Shown: positions 1 to 9,782, numbered from the stretch's first letter. The stretch is DNA of 64,000 bases from an uncultured delta proteobacterium (GCA_963745025.1 CAVUWD010000016.1:672001-736000); one strand, 5' to 3'. Made by a program: numbers and translations. The notes: a model not told the origin generated them from the sequence alone.

Positions 1-7
1 AAATGTT

Positions 8-1012
8 TCACTGGCCGAGTAGGCCGACCCGGTCGAAGAGCGACAGGGATCGCGCGATTTCGGCGATCCGGGTCCGGTAGTCGTGCCGCGCCTGCATTGC
101 GTCGTCGATATCGATGGCGCGAAACCTCACCTTCGAGCCCGGCGGCGCTTGCGCCAGCACGTCGATGTCGCACTGGATCGCCGTTCCGATTGTCGCGTAT
201 CCTCCCCCGGTCACGGCGTCTCGCATCAACAGGATCGCTTCTTGGCCACCCGGCACCTGAACCGATCCAACGGGATAGCCGACGTCGACCACGTTCGATG
301 CGTCGGAACCGGCACCGAATGGCGGCTCCCTATCCTTGAATCGAAATTCCGGCCCGCGCAGCCGGTAGCCGACCCGGTCGGCCTCGGTCGAAACCTCCCA
401 CTTCGCTCGCAGGAAGTCCTCTACGCTCTCCTCGGTCAAGCGGTAGGAACATAGCCCCATGATGATCCGGAGCTCGACCTCTCTCTGCAGCCTCGGAAGG
501 AATCGTGACGGAATCGTCCTTCCGATCAACGCCTCGGCCTCCGGGCGCAGTGGCCCGACGGGCAGGAGGTCGCCCGCCAGAAGTCGCCTGCCCTCGACAC
601 CGCCGAAGCGGGCGAGAAGGTAGGTCGAGCGACTGCCGAGCAACGACGGGATCGTGATGCCGCCCGAAATACAGAAATACGCGCGGACTCCTCGCTCCAC
701 CTGTCCACACGCGATGCGGTCGCCCTGACGCACCCGGTGCGCCACCCACTGCGGAACGCGCATGTCGTTCAGGTACACGCTGAGATCCGCGCCAGTGACG
801 GCAACGACCGCCTCCTCGGTCGTCTCCATCACCGGACCGGCGAAGGTGATTTCCAGCGCCGCCGCATCGTCTCCGTTGCCGACCAGGATGTTGCCCACGC
901 GGAAGGAGAACTGGTCCATCGCCCCGGCCGGCGGCATGCCGATGTGATACCAGCCGAACCGTCCCGCGTCCTGGACGGTCGTCTGCAGCCCTCCCTCGAG
1001 GATGTTCAGCAT
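8..1012 (-). CDS. Biotin-dependent carboxyltransferase-family protein (5-oxoprolinase subunit C / KipA / urea amidolyase A-B subdomain-like)
   Basis: Real start is MLNILEGGLQTTVQDAGRFG at 1012, overlapping the stop of the upstream gene. Motifs GAMD, GSRST, DRVGYRL, GSVQVP and DAVTGGGYATIG are typical of the family. Confidence 0.88.
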   Translation of the reverse strand: MLNILEGGLQTTVQDAGRFGWYHIGMPPAGAMDQFSFRVGNILVGNGDDAAALEITFAGPVMETTEEAVVAVTGADLSVYLNDMRVPQWVAHRVRQGDRIACGQVERGVRAYFCISGGITIPSLLGSRSTYLLARFGGVEGRRLLAGDLLPVGPLRPEAEALIGRTIPSRFLPRLQREVELRIIMGLCSYRLTEESVEDFLRAKWEVSTEADRVGYRLRGPEFRFKDREPPFGAGSDASNVVDVGYPVGSVQVPGGQEAILLMRDAVTGGGYATIGTAIQCDIDVLAQAPPGSKVRFRAIDIDDAMQARHDYRTRIAEIARSLSLFDRVGLLGQ

Positions 1013-1878
1013 CCTTCGGCCTCGATCTGTAGCCGCTTCAGGTAGCCCTGCGGGTCGCCGAAGTACCGCGCCGGCTCGAACTCCTGCACGACGGTTCTGT
1101 AGCGGTACGTGCCCGCCTCGACCTCGGCGCGGATCGAGAGGAACTCGTCCATGTCGATCGGCCTGAGCTTCCAGCGATCGCCGGGGAGGGCGAGGATGTA
1201 GCGCTCCCGCAAGTCGACAAGGCTTCCGGTGGGATCGTAGATCGGCACCGGCGTCATTCCCAGCAGCTGATATCCGCCGGGACCTCGCACCGGATAGATC
1301 GCCAGGAACACGCCGCCATGCGACACGGCTCGCTCCGGCGTATCCGTCCGCGGCCGCACGTACTTGGGAGCCTGGATGGCACGGTCGCGGCTCACCATCT
1401 GGAAGCCCCACGCGGTCCCCGGAACGAAGCCGATCATCGACACCCAGTACGGGGTGCCAGAGTGAACGGCGATGAATTCCTCCTTGCTCGAGTAACCATT
1501 GATTGCCATCAGGTATTCGAGATTCGATACCGAGGCGTCCTGATGGCGATCCGCGAAATTTTTCGCGCACTCCTTGGTCCAGGGATCGTCGTAAAGCACG
1601 GGAATGTCGACCAGCCGCGAATCCAACGATTCGATATGCTGCGCCTCGCGCTCGATGTCGCGCAGCACCCGCATCAATCTCCGCGGTTCGATCTTTTCCG
1701 GCTCATAGTGGACCAGGTACGACGTGTTGGCCGGGCACACTTCGATGACGCCGTCGATCCGCTGCCGCTCGATCTCCTGGCATACCGAGAGGACCTTGAA
1801 GTTCACCTCCAGGCTCATCTCGATATCGAAATCGACGAAGATGAACTCGTCGCCGCCGTAGTCGTAGCGGGTATCCAT
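1006..1878 (-). CDS. Carboxyltransferase C/D-domain protein (5-oxoprolinase subunit B / KipI / allophanate hydrolase subunit 1-like)
   Basis: Motifs YGGDEFIFV, IPVLYDDPWT, MIGFVPG, PKYVRPRTDTP and YPVRGPGGYQLLG; paired with the subunit C gene. Confidence 0.88.
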   Translation of the reverse strand: MDTRYDYGGDEFIFVDFDIEMSLEVNFKVLSVCQEIERQRIDGVIEVCPANTSYLVHYEPEKIEPRRLMRVLRDIEREAQHIESLDSRLVDIPVLYDDPWTKECAKNFADRHQDASVSNLEYLMAINGYSSKEEFIAVHSGTPYWVSMIGFVPGTAWGFQMVSRDRAIQAPKYVRPRTDTPERAVSHGGVFLAIYPVRGPGGYQLLGMTPVPIYDPTGSLVDLRERYILALPGDRWKLRPIDMDEFLSIRAEVEAGTYRYRTVVQEFEPARYFGDPQGYLKRLQIEAEGC

Positions 1879-1895
1879 GCGCCCGCACCCCTCCG

Positions 1896-3242
1896 TCAGT
1901 AGGCCATCTCTGTCAACACGTCGCCGGCAACCCGCAGGACCTCGTCAACGTCGCTCTCGCTGTGGGCGGCGGACAGAAAGCCCGGATGAGCCGGAGGAAG
2001 CAGCACGCCCTTCGAAATCATCCCGATGCTGAACGCATATTGCCTGACTGGATCGGCCCGTATCGCGGAGCGCTTGTCGCGTATCGGCTCGCCCGCGAAG
2101 TGAACGTGGAAGATCGAACCGACGCCGGTCGCCTGAAGCTCCAGTCCTTCCCTTCGCGCCGCTTCGCGCAGTCCCGCCCTAAGCCTGTCCCCGCGTCGAG
2201 CGAGGGCCTCGTAGACGTCGTCGCGCTCGAGCTCCGCGATCATGGCGAGCCCGGCAACCATGCTGACGGGATTCCCGGAAAACGTTCCCGACGCGAAGAT
2301 CTTCTCCTTGACGTCCGATGGCTCTTTGGTCGGAGTGACCACCTTCTCCATGACGTCCCGCCGCCCGCCGAACCCGCCGATCGGAAAGCCGCCGCCGACG
2401 ATCTTGCCGATCGCACCGAGATCGGGATGGACGCCGAAATAGGAGGAGGCGCCGCCCAGACCGAGGCGAAAGCCGGTGACGATCTCGTCGAAGACCAGGA
2501 GGATTCCTTTCTCCGCGGTGAGGTCACGTAGGGCGGCGAGCCAATCACGGTCCGCCGGTATCGCTCCGATTCCGAACCCGGCCACCGGCTCGATGAAGAC
2601 CGCGGCCAACTCGTTGGCGTGCTCGCGAACGATGTCGAGCGCCGCCGCATCGTTGTACGGCAGCAACAGCAGGTCGTTCAGCGACGACCGCTCCGTTCCG
2701 GCGCAGCCGGCGATCGGCTCCGGACGATGATCCGATCCGGCTCCGGCGACGAAGGCGCCGGTGAGACCGAAGTCGTGCTGGCCGTGATAGTTTCCCTCGA
2801 ACTTCGCGATGCGCTCTCTTCCGGTGAAGGCACGCGCCGCGCGCGCCAGCAGGAAGGTCGCCTCGGAGCCGCTGTTCACGAAGCGCACCATCTCCATGTA
2901 GCGCATGTGCGTCGTGACCTTCCTCGCGAGCCGGATCTCGAGCTCCGTCGCGAAGATCGGCGAGATCGCCTGTCCGAGCTGCGTCGTCACCGCACGGGTC
3001 ACGGCCTCCGGGCCGTGACCGAGGATCGCCGACCCGGCGCCGGCGAGGAGGTCGATGTACACGTTGCCGTCGGCGTCGACGACTCTCGAGCCCGACGCCT
3101 TCTCCACGTAGATCGGATAGGGCTTGAAGAACTTGGCGTTGCCGCTGACCCCTCCGGGAAGAAATCGCCGCGCCTCCTCCCAGAGCTGCCGTGAACGAGG
3201 GGTCCGCGCCGCATAGGCCTGTTTGAATCGTTCCGCAGCCAT
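1896..3242 (-). CDS. Class III PLP-dependent aminotransferase (glutamate-1-semialdehyde aminomutase-like)
   Basis: Motifs DADGNVYID, VRFVNSGSEA, KFEGNYHG, LVFDEIVTGFR, GKIVGGGFPIG (PLP lysine) and SGTFSGNP. The catabolic context argues against true hemL. Confidence 0.88.
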   Translation of the reverse strand: MAAERFKQAYAARTPRSRQLWEEARRFLPGGVSGNAKFFKPYPIYVEKASGSRVVDADGNVYIDLLAGAGSAILGHGPEAVTRAVTTQLGQAISPIFATELEIRLARKVTTHMRYMEMVRFVNSGSEATFLLARAARAFTGRERIAKFEGNYHGQHDFGLTGAFVAGAGSDHRPEPIAGCAGTERSSLNDLLLLPYNDAAALDIVREHANELAAVFIEPVAGFGIGAIPADRDWLAALRDLTAEKGILLVFDEIVTGFRLGLGGASSYFGVHPDLGAIGKIVGGGFPIGGFGGRRDVMEKVVTPTKEPSDVKEKIFASGTFSGNPVSMVAGLAMIAELERDDVYEALARRGDRLRAGLREAARREGLELQATGVGSIFHVHFAGEPIRDKRSAIRADPVRQYAFSIGMISKGVLLPPAHPGFLSAAHSESDVDEVLRVAGDVLTEMAY

Positions 3243-3261
3243 GCGCTCCACCATCCCCGGA

Positions 3262-3390
3262 CTATGCGCGGACACCTTCGCGAAGATTCTCGGCCAGCCG
3301 GATCTGGTCCAGCATCTCACGATACAGATCGGCGTGCGCTCTCGTCGAACCGGGCAACTGCATCGTATAGGCGCCTACGCCGAATCGCAT
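3262..3390 (-). pseudogene. N-terminal remnant of an LLM-class oxidoreductase (42 aa)
   Basis: GGAAGGAG RBS, then MRFGVGAYTMQLPGSTRAHADLYREMLDQIRLAENL-REGVRA*. This is an LLM N-terminus that stops where 'AEELGFD' should continue. Confidence 0.7.
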
Positions 3391-3456
3391 GGCTGCTCCT
3401 TCCGGTGCCACGTCACAACGTGCCGAGCGAGGACGCGCCTGCTCATCATTGCCATA

Positions 3457-3472
3457 AGCAGGTTCCGTTCCG
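3457..3472 (-). promoter_or_regulatory. Sigma54 -24/-12 promoter (leftward operon)
   Basis: Minus strand CGGAACGGAACCTGCT fits GG-N10-GC, upstream of the 3390 start. Confidence 0.5.
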
Positions 3473-3606
3473 GACCAACCCCGCTTTGTCGGGACGGCTC
3501 AGCGCGGCGATCGGGCGGCGGTGAGAAGAGGGACGCCATTGGGTCGAATAGCCATCGTGGCGCCCGTCGCGCCGAAGGGTTCATCTAGGGCCCCGGTAAT
3601 TCTCTC

Positions 3607-3622
3607 TGGCATGGCGTATGCA
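3607..3622 (+). promoter_or_regulatory. Sigma54 -24/-12 promoter (cupin/SnoaL genes)
   Basis: TGGCATGGCGTATGCA fits TGGCA..GG-N10-GC in an AT-richer intergenic region. Confidence 0.6.
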
Positions 3623-3759
3623 ATTGGTTCTGCTTCAGAAGACAAAGGACTCAGATCAAGCCTAATTTCAAGTGAGGTCATCGTCGCGATTTGCCACGGC
3701 GGAAAAATACATCGTCGTTCTCTGCAACAGGAACGTGCATGGCAATAAGGAGATTCGTC

Positions 3760-4176
3760 ATGTCTGGTGGCGCCGCATTCCCGTATCCCTACTCCGACCT
3801 GAAGGTTTTCAAGGTGAATCCCGAGGATATGCAGCCCTCGTTCATCGAGACTCGCGGTGTCACGTTCGATATCGCCGTCTACAATGATGAGCCGGGCGGC
3901 ACGACGGGCGTGGAGGATTTTCGCCCAGGCGATGAGGTCGAATGGAACTTTTTTCACGACGAAGTGCAGTACATCCTGAAGGGCAAGGCGGAAATCACAT
4001 ACTCACTGCCGCCTCTTCACCGGAAATGGTACAAGACCGAGGCCGACGAGGGTTGCGTCTATCTGATTCCGCGCGGGGCGCGATTGAAGTTCAAGGTGAT
4101 CGGAGACCAGCCGTACCGGCACTTCTTCGTCGTCATGCCGGGCGGCTTCTATCCGCGGGACAAGTTCGACCGTTAG
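3760..4176 (+). CDS. Cupin-domain protein (EutQ-like)
   Basis: AAGGAG RBS before ATG 3760; WNFFHDEVQYILKGKA and GCVYLIPRG cupin motifs. Confidence 0.75.
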   Translation: MSGGAAFPYPYSDLKVFKVNPEDMQPSFIETRGVTFDIAVYNDEPGGTTGVEDFRPGDEVEWNFFHDEVQYILKGKAEITYSLPPLHRKWYKTEADEGCVYLIPRGARLKFKVIGDQPYRHFFVVMPGGFYPRDKFDR

Positions 4177-4238
4177 CGGCCGTTGAAGGACGTCGACCGG
4201 CAACGCCGGCACGCCGATTTCCCGAACGGAGGTGTGAC

Positions 4239-4709
4239 ATGGGCTCGGGATCGCTGGAGGAGCGGCTTCAGGTGCTCGAGGACGTCGAAGCCATCAAGAA
4301 GCTCAAGGCGCGGTATTGCCTCGCCGTGGACGATAGGGACGCCGAAAAGATCGCCTCGCTGTTCACGGCGAACGGTGTGTGGGATGGCGGCAGCTTCGGC
4401 CGCTATGAGGGGACGGACGCATTACGCTCCTTCTTCCGCTCCGTGCCCGAGATCCTCTCCTTCTTCGTCCATTACGTCTCGAACCCGTTGATCGAGATCG
4501 GCGGCGACCGCGCAACGGGCTCCTGGTACCTGCTCGAACCCTGCACGTTCGCCGAGGAGAACCGCCCCGTGTGGGGCTCGGCACGCTACGAGGAGCGCTA
4601 CCGCCGGGTCGGCGGAGAGTGGAAGTTCGAGGAGATGAAGCTCGTCTCACTGTTCTGGACGCCGTACGAGGAAGGGTGGGTCAAGAAGAGGTTCGTTCAG
4701 AACGCTTGA
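4239..4709 (+). CDS. SnoaL-like / NTF2-family protein (BaiE/LinA-like dehydratase fold)
   Basis: GGAGG RBS; LEDVEAIKKLKARYC, HYVSNPLIEIGGDRATGSWY and YRRVGGEWKF. Confidence 0.85.
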   Translation: MGSGSLEERLQVLEDVEAIKKLKARYCLAVDDRDAEKIASLFTANGVWDGGSFGRYEGTDALRSFFRSVPEILSFFVHYVSNPLIEIGGDRATGSWYLLEPCTFAEENRPVWGSARYEERYRRVGGEWKFEEMKLVSLFWTPYEEGWVKKRFVQNA

Positions 4710-4780
4710 GAACAGGTCGCTCCACCGAGCCGCTCGGTGGCAACCGCGAGGCGCGCGAGCGCGCCGGCAGCATCGGGATC

Positions 4781-6265
4781 TCAAGCGGGAAACGGATCGG
4801 GAATCTCCGCGCCGAGATCCACCCACACACTCTTGACCTGGGTGTATTCCCGAATGACCTCGAGCCCGTTCTCGCGGCCGAAGCCGCTCAGCTTGTAACC
4901 GCCGAACGGGGAGGCGAAGTGGATTCGCCGGTAATTGTTCACCCACACCGTTCCCGCCCGGATCCGGCTCGCGACCCGGTGCGCCCGCTTCACGTTGCCG
5001 GTCCAGACGCCGGCCGCCAGTCCGTACTTCACGTCGTTGGCGAGCTCCACGGCCTCCTCTTCCTCGCGGAACGTCAGCACGCAGACGACCGGACCGAAGA
5101 TCTCCTCCTGCGCGATCCGCATCGAGTTCCGGACGCGCGCGAAGACGGTGGGCAGGAAGAAGCATCCCCGGGCGAGGGCCTCCTCCCGTGGTGGGCCGCC
5201 GCAGAGGAGCTCCGCTCCCTCCTCCTTTCCGAGGCGGACGTAGTCCTCGACCTTCTGCCGCTGCTCCCGCGACGCCAGCGACCCGATGTGGGTCCGCGGG
5301 TCGAGGGGATCCCCCACGCGGATCCGCTGCACGCGCTCGACCAGGCGGGCCACGAATTCGTCCGCGATTCGTTCGTGCAGGAGCAGGCGCGACCCGGCGA
5401 CGCACGTCTGACCGGCCGCCACGAAGACTCCGGCCATCGCTCCGCGCACGGCGTTGTCCATTTCCGCGTCGTCGAACACGATGTTCGGTGACTTCCCTCC
5501 GAGCTCGCAAGTGACTCGCTTGAGGTTCCCCGTCGTCTCCCTGCAGATGGCCTGCCCCGTCGCGGTCTCCCCGGTGAATGCGATCTTGTCGACACCCGGA
5601 TGGCGCACGAGGGCCGCCCCCGCGCTCTCGCCGTATCCGGGCACCACGTTCACGACTCCCGGCGGGAACTCGGCGCGCTGAATCAGCTTCGCCAGCTCGA
5701 GCGCGGTCACGGGCGTCTGCTCGGCCGGCTTCACGATTACCGCGTTGCCCGCGGCCAAAGCCGGCGCGAGCTTCATCGCGTACATGAGGAGCGGCGAGTT
5801 CCACGGAGTGATCGCGCCGACCACGCCCACCGGCTCCCGAACCGTGTAGTTGAGGAAGTCCGGTCCCAGCGGGACCGTTTCGCCTTGGATCTTGTCGGCG
5901 AGGCCGCCGAAGTAATGGTACCAGTTCGGGATCGCCGCGAGCTCGACCCCGAGCGTCTCCCGGATCGCCTTGCCGTTGTCCAGGGTTTCGAGCCGGGCCA
6001 GCTCCGCGGCGTTCTCCGCGATGAGCTCGCCGAGCCGCCGTAAGCGTTTGCCCCGTTCGATCGGCGTCATCTTCCGCCAAGGTCCGTCCTCGAAGGCCTT
6101 CCGCGCCGCGGCAACTGCCCGATCGATGTCCTCTGCCCCGCCCTCCGAAACCTCCGCCCAGACCTCGCCGGTCGCCGGGTTGACCGAGGCCAGCATACGA
6201 CCTGACGCCGAGTCCACCCATTCGTTGTTGATGAACATCTGGTAGGCTTTCCGAGGCGCAATCAT
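4781..6265 (-). CDS. NAD(P)-dependent aldehyde dehydrogenase
   Basis: ITPWNSP, FTGET, ELGGKSP, GQTCVAG (catalytic Cys), EEIFGPV and PFGGYKLSG. Confidence 0.95.
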   Translation of the reverse strand: MIAPRKAYQMFINNEWVDSASGRMLASVNPATGEVWAEVSEGGAEDIDRAVAAARKAFEDGPWRKMTPIERGKRLRRLGELIAENAAELARLETLDNGKAIRETLGVELAAIPNWYHYFGGLADKIQGETVPLGPDFLNYTVREPVGVVGAITPWNSPLLMYAMKLAPALAAGNAVIVKPAEQTPVTALELAKLIQRAEFPPGVVNVVPGYGESAGAALVRHPGVDKIAFTGETATGQAICRETTGNLKRVTCELGGKSPNIVFDDAEMDNAVRGAMAGVFVAAGQTCVAGSRLLLHERIADEFVARLVERVQRIRVGDPLDPRTHIGSLASREQRQKVEDYVRLGKEEGAELLCGGPPREEALARGCFFLPTVFARVRNSMRIAQEEIFGPVVCVLTFREEEEAVELANDVKYGLAAGVWTGNVKRAHRVASRIRAGTVWVNNYRRIHFASPFGGYKLSGFGRENGLEVIREYTQVKSVWVDLGAEIPDPFPA

Positions 6266-6325
6266 TGGAAGACCTCCTGTTCTGCTCCTTCGTCGACGAA
6301 GCCGGGCGCCGGTGGCGTCGGAGGA

Positions 6326-7390
6326 TCAGATCCTGCGGATCACCACATCCGCGAAGTCGTCGATCACGGCGCTCATGGTCTGCCGCGTACCCCCGTGGAT
6401 CGCGATCTGCCGGATTCCCGCAGCCGCCATTCTCTTCACGCGCTCGGCGAGCTCTCCGGGCGTCCCCGTGAGCGTCGTCTCCTTGATCATCTTCGCCATC
6501 ACGATTTCCGAGTGCTCGGCCCGGAAGTCGTGCACGTAGCCGGAGTAGCGGTCGAGGTGACGCGTCTCGATCGGAGCATCTGGCGTCCGGTACGCGTCCC
6601 GAAAGGCCATGATCTCGTGGCGGACGTCGGCGGGGAGATCGCGCGGATCCTTCACCGACAGGGCGAAGATGTTGCATTCCGACGAGACGTACGCGCCAAC
6701 GGCATTCTGAAGGTCGGCGAGGCTCTCACCGGGCTTCACCGCGTGAAACGCCGTGACCACCATGAGATAGAGGTCGTCGAGCTTCCTTCCGGCCCGCTCG
6801 GCGCCTCTGCGAACGTGGCTCAGCGCGTACTCGAGGAGACTGTCTCCCACGGTCCCGAAAAGAATCACCCCGTCGCCGATCTCGCCGGCGAGCTCCAGGG
6901 TCTTCGGCCCGCTTGCCGCGATGAAGATCGGGATCGGGTTGTCGATGTTGATCCAGCCACCGGTCGGGTTCAGGAAACGGATCATTCGCGTCCGATCCTC
7001 CTCGGCGTAGGGCACCGTCTCCCCCTTGAAGAGGGCGCGGCAGACCCGAACGTGGTCCGCGAGCTCGGAGAGGCGGGCCGCCGGCATGCCGAGCGTGCGC
7101 CGCGCGGTATTGCCGGTGCCGATGCCCATGACCACTCGGCCGGGCGCGAGCTGGTTCAGCGTGGCGAAATTGCACGCGGTCACGGGAGCGATCCGCGACT
7201 TCGGGTTCGTGACATTCGTACCGAGCCGGATCTTCTTCGTCTTCGCGGCACAGAGCGCGAGGCAGGGAAAGGGATCCGCGCACACCATCTGTGAGTCGTA
7301 GAGCCACATGTGCGTGAAGCCCCGCTTTTCCGCCTGCACCGCCTCTCGATGGATATCCACGGCCGAGAGAAATGCGAGCCCGTAATCCAT
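6326..7390 (-). CDS. LLM-class (probably F420-dependent, Mer-like) oxidoreductase
   Basis: AEKRGFTHMWLYDSQM, IRLGTNVTNP, APGRVVMGIGTG and AASGPKTLELAGEIGDGV. Confidence 0.9.
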   Translation of the reverse strand: MDYGLAFLSAVDIHREAVQAEKRGFTHMWLYDSQMVCADPFPCLALCAAKTKKIRLGTNVTNPKSRIAPVTACNFATLNQLAPGRVVMGIGTGNTARRTLGMPAARLSELADHVRVCRALFKGETVPYAEEDRTRMIRFLNPTGGWINIDNPIPIFIAASGPKTLELAGEIGDGVILFGTVGDSLLEYALSHVRRGAERAGRKLDDLYLMVVTAFHAVKPGESLADLQNAVGAYVSSECNIFALSVKDPRDLPADVRHEIMAFRDAYRTPDAPIETRHLDRYSGYVHDFRAEHSEIVMAKMIKETTLTGTPGELAERVKRMAAAGIRQIAIHGGTRQTMSAVIDDFADVVIRRI

Positions 7391-7505
7391 GTCTTCACTC
7401 CTTCAATCTTCGCCGGCAGGCGATCCAAAATCCTCTCCTCGCGGAGGAGCGAAAACCGTACCATGTTCTCTCGATGAAGAACGGGCGCACGGCAAGGTTC
7501 GGGGA

Positions 7506-7522
7506 TGTGGCGATACGCCACA
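7506..7522. promoter_or_regulatory. Palindromic putative enhancer (UAS) TGTGGC-N5-GCCACA
   Basis: TGTGGCGATACGCCACA; related copies at 3682, 26493/26511, 28618 and 29511/29531, all near sigma54 promoters. Confidence 0.55.
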
Positions 7523-7695
7523 ATCGTCGTTTTCCGCTCCAGGACGGGGAGAATCTTGCCGCGGCGTCATGGAGCGGATGCGTCTACGCGAGCCTGCCAG
7601 CGTGCACCAGGTATTTCTGCGAGAGCGACGAAGGCGGAACGGAATGGCCCGACCCGGGAGCCCGGCTTGACCGGCGTACGGCGCCCGCCAGCCGG

Positions 7696-7711
7696 TGGCA
7701 CGGAAATGGCT
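7696..7711 (+). promoter_or_regulatory. Sigma54 -24/-12 promoter
   Basis: TGGCACGGAAATGGCT just upstream of the CoA-transferase gene. Confidence 0.65.
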
Positions 7712-7752
7712 TTCCTTTGGGATGAGCAATGAATCGAGCGGAAGCACTCGAC

Positions 7753-8919
7753 ATGAAACAACTAGAGGGATTACGCGTTCTCAGCATCGAGCAGTTCGGC
7801 GCGGCGCCGTACGGCTCGATGTTCCTGGCCGATCTCGGCGCCGAGGTCATCAAGATCGAGAACGGCGCGACCGGCGGAGATGCGTCCCGTCACGTCGGTC
7901 CCTACCTGCTCGGTCCCGGCGACAGCATGTATTTCCAGGGCTGGAACCTCAACAAGCGCAGCGTGCTCCTGGACCTGAAGTCGGACAGCGGGCGCGCCGC
8001 CTTCGAGCGGCTGGTGAGCACCGCCGATGCGGTGATCAACAATCTGCGCGGGGACCAGCCGGGTAAGCTGGGACTGGACTACGCCAGCCTGTCGAAGATC
8101 AATCCGGCGGTCGTGTGTCTGCACATCTCGGCCTACGGCCGTGACAACGAGCGGGCCTCGCGGCCCGGCTACGACTTCCTGATGCAGGCGGAAGCCGGGC
8201 TCATGAGCCTCACCGGCGAGCCCGACGGCCCGCCGTCCCGGTTCGGCCCCTCGATCATCGACTACATGACTGGCGTCATCGGCATGGTCGGACTTCTGAG
8301 TTGCCTGATGCGGGCGCAGAAAAGCGGCAAGGGCTGTGACGTGGACACCTGTCTGTTCGATGTAGCATTGCATCAGCTCAATTATGCCGCGACCTGGTAC
8401 TTGAACGAGGGCCACGTTTCCACACGGCAGCCGCGCAGCGCGCATTTCTCGCTATCGCCGGTCCAGACCTTTCCCACCGCGGATGGATGGATCTTCGTGA
8501 TGTGCATGACGGACAAGTTCTGGAAAACCTTGCTCCAGGGCTTGGGGCGTCCCGATCTCGGAGAGGATCCCCGGTTCAAGGACCAGGGCTCACGCCATCA
8601 CGAACGCGAGGCACTGACCAACATCCTGGACGAGGAGTTCAAGAAGCAGCCCAGCGCCTACTGGCTGGCCAAGTTCTCGAACGAGCTGCCGATCGGGCCC
8701 GTGTACGACCTACCCCAGGCGCTCGAAAACCCGTTCGTCCGGCAAACCGGCATGATCCGCACCGTCCCCCATCCCCGGCGACCGAATTTCAAAGTCCTGG
8801 CCAGCCCGCTCAAAGTCGATGGCGTGAGGCCGGAGCAGAATGCGGCGCCCATGGCGGGCGCCGACAACGAAGCACTGCTCGGCGCGGCCGTCGGCAGCGC
8901 CGAGGCTCCCGCGAAGTAG
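7753..8919 (+). CDS. CaiB/BaiF (family III) CoA transferase
   Basis: LEGLRVLSIEQFGAAPYG, DLGAEVIKIE, NKRSVLLDLK, PGYDFLMQAEAGLMSLTG and IIDYMTG. Alternative start at 7729. Confidence 0.93.
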   Translation: MKQLEGLRVLSIEQFGAAPYGSMFLADLGAEVIKIENGATGGDASRHVGPYLLGPGDSMYFQGWNLNKRSVLLDLKSDSGRAAFERLVSTADAVINNLRGDQPGKLGLDYASLSKINPAVVCLHISAYGRDNERASRPGYDFLMQAEAGLMSLTGEPDGPPSRFGPSIIDYMTGVIGMVGLLSCLMRAQKSGKGCDVDTCLFDVALHQLNYAATWYLNEGHVSTRQPRSAHFSLSPVQTFPTADGWIFVMCMTDKFWKTLLQGLGRPDLGEDPRFKDQGSRHHEREALTNILDEEFKKQPSAYWLAKFSNELPIGPVYDLPQALENPFVRQTGMIRTVPHPRRPNFKVLASPLKVDGVRPEQNAAPMAGADNEALLGAAVGSAEAPAK

Positions 8920-8925
8920 AGATCC

Positions 8926-9045
8926 ATGAATCTCTCCGGACTTCGCGTCATCGATTTTTCAGTGTTTCTGCCGGGGCCGTATCTGACTCAGATCCTCGCG
9001 GAGCACGCTGCCGAAGTGATCAAGGTCGAGCGGCCCGGTGAGTGA
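8926..9045 (+). pseudogene. N-terminal remnant of a second CaiB/BaiF CoA transferase (39 aa)
   Basis: [39 protein letters not shown]; the stop abuts the RBS of the MaoC gene. Confidence 0.8.
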
Positions 9046-9055
9046 AGGAGACTCC

Positions 9056-9562
9056 ATGGTTGCCATCGCCCAAAAGGTCGGGCCAGCGCGCTACCGTGAA
9101 AGCTTCGGACGCTACTACGAAGACTTCGTCGTCGGCGACGTCTACGAGCATCGGCCAGGAAGGACCGTCACCGAGACGGACAACATCTGGTTCACGCTGC
9201 TCACAATGAACACCCATCCGCTCCATTTCGACAACGCCTACGCGGAAAAGTCGGAGTTCAAGAAGGCGCTCGTCAACAGCTGCCTGACGCTCTCGATCGT
9301 CGTAGGAATGAGCGTGAGCGATGTCAGTCAGAAGGCCATCGGCAATCTCGGTTGGAACGACATCAAGCTGACGGCGCCCGTGTTCGTCGGCGATACCCTC
9401 TATGCCGAGTCCGAAGTCCTGTCGAAGCGCGAGTCGTCTTCACGTCCGACGCAGGGAATCGTCGCGGTGCGCACCCTCGGCAAGAAGGCCGACGGCACTC
9501 AGTTCATGAGCTTCGAACGGACGGTACTAGTGCCGAAGCGAGGCTACGCCGTGGACGACTGA
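9056..9562 (+). CDS. MaoC-family (R)-specific enoyl-CoA hydratase/dehydratase
   Basis: AAGGAG RBS; GRYYEDFVVGD, TVTETDNIWFTLLTMNTHPLHFD and PVFVGDTL. Confidence 0.92.
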   Translation: MVAIAQKVGPARYRESFGRYYEDFVVGDVYEHRPGRTVTETDNIWFTLLTMNTHPLHFDNAYAEKSEFKKALVNSCLTLSIVVGMSVSDVSQKAIGNLGWNDIKLTAPVFVGDTLYAESEVLSKRESSSRPTQGIVAVRTLGKKADGTQFMSFERTVLVPKRGYAVDD

Positions 9563-9661
9563 GGGCCGGGTCGCGGCCGTTCGCGATCGTTCTCGTCTGA
9601 GGGCGCCGCGAACGATTTCGAGCGGAAAACGGATCGAAAATCTCTGCGCACGGGGGAGAAC

Positions 9662-9724
9662 ATGGAATACGCGATCGCGCTTGCCCCTGCCGCCGATTCC
9701 TGGAGGGTGGAACTTGGAGAATGA
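9662..9724 (+). pseudogene. Very short N-terminal remnant of an LLM oxidoreductase
   Basis: GGGGAG RBS then MEYAIALAPAADSWRV-ELGE*, resembling the start of Mer-like LLM proteins. Confidence 0.5.
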
Positions 9725-9735
9725 CTGACAAAATT

Positions 9736-9751
9736 CGGCACTTGGGTTGCG
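9736..9751 (+). promoter_or_regulatory. Sigma54 -24/-12 promoter
   Basis: CGGCACTTGGGTTGCG, about 30 nt before the GTG start at 9783. Confidence 0.6.
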
Positions 9752-9782
9752 GGCGTCAGCCCGCGTTACGGAGGCTTCTCAC

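Noticed and set aside
1896-3242. Calling the aminotransferase hemL
   Set aside because: No tetrapyrrole genes nearby and a catabolic context; only family-level assignment is supported.
9031-9060. TGA read-through (selenocysteine) extending the truncated CoA transferase
   Set aside because: Sequence after the TGA is the RBS and start of the MaoC gene in another frame; no CoA-transferase similarity continues.
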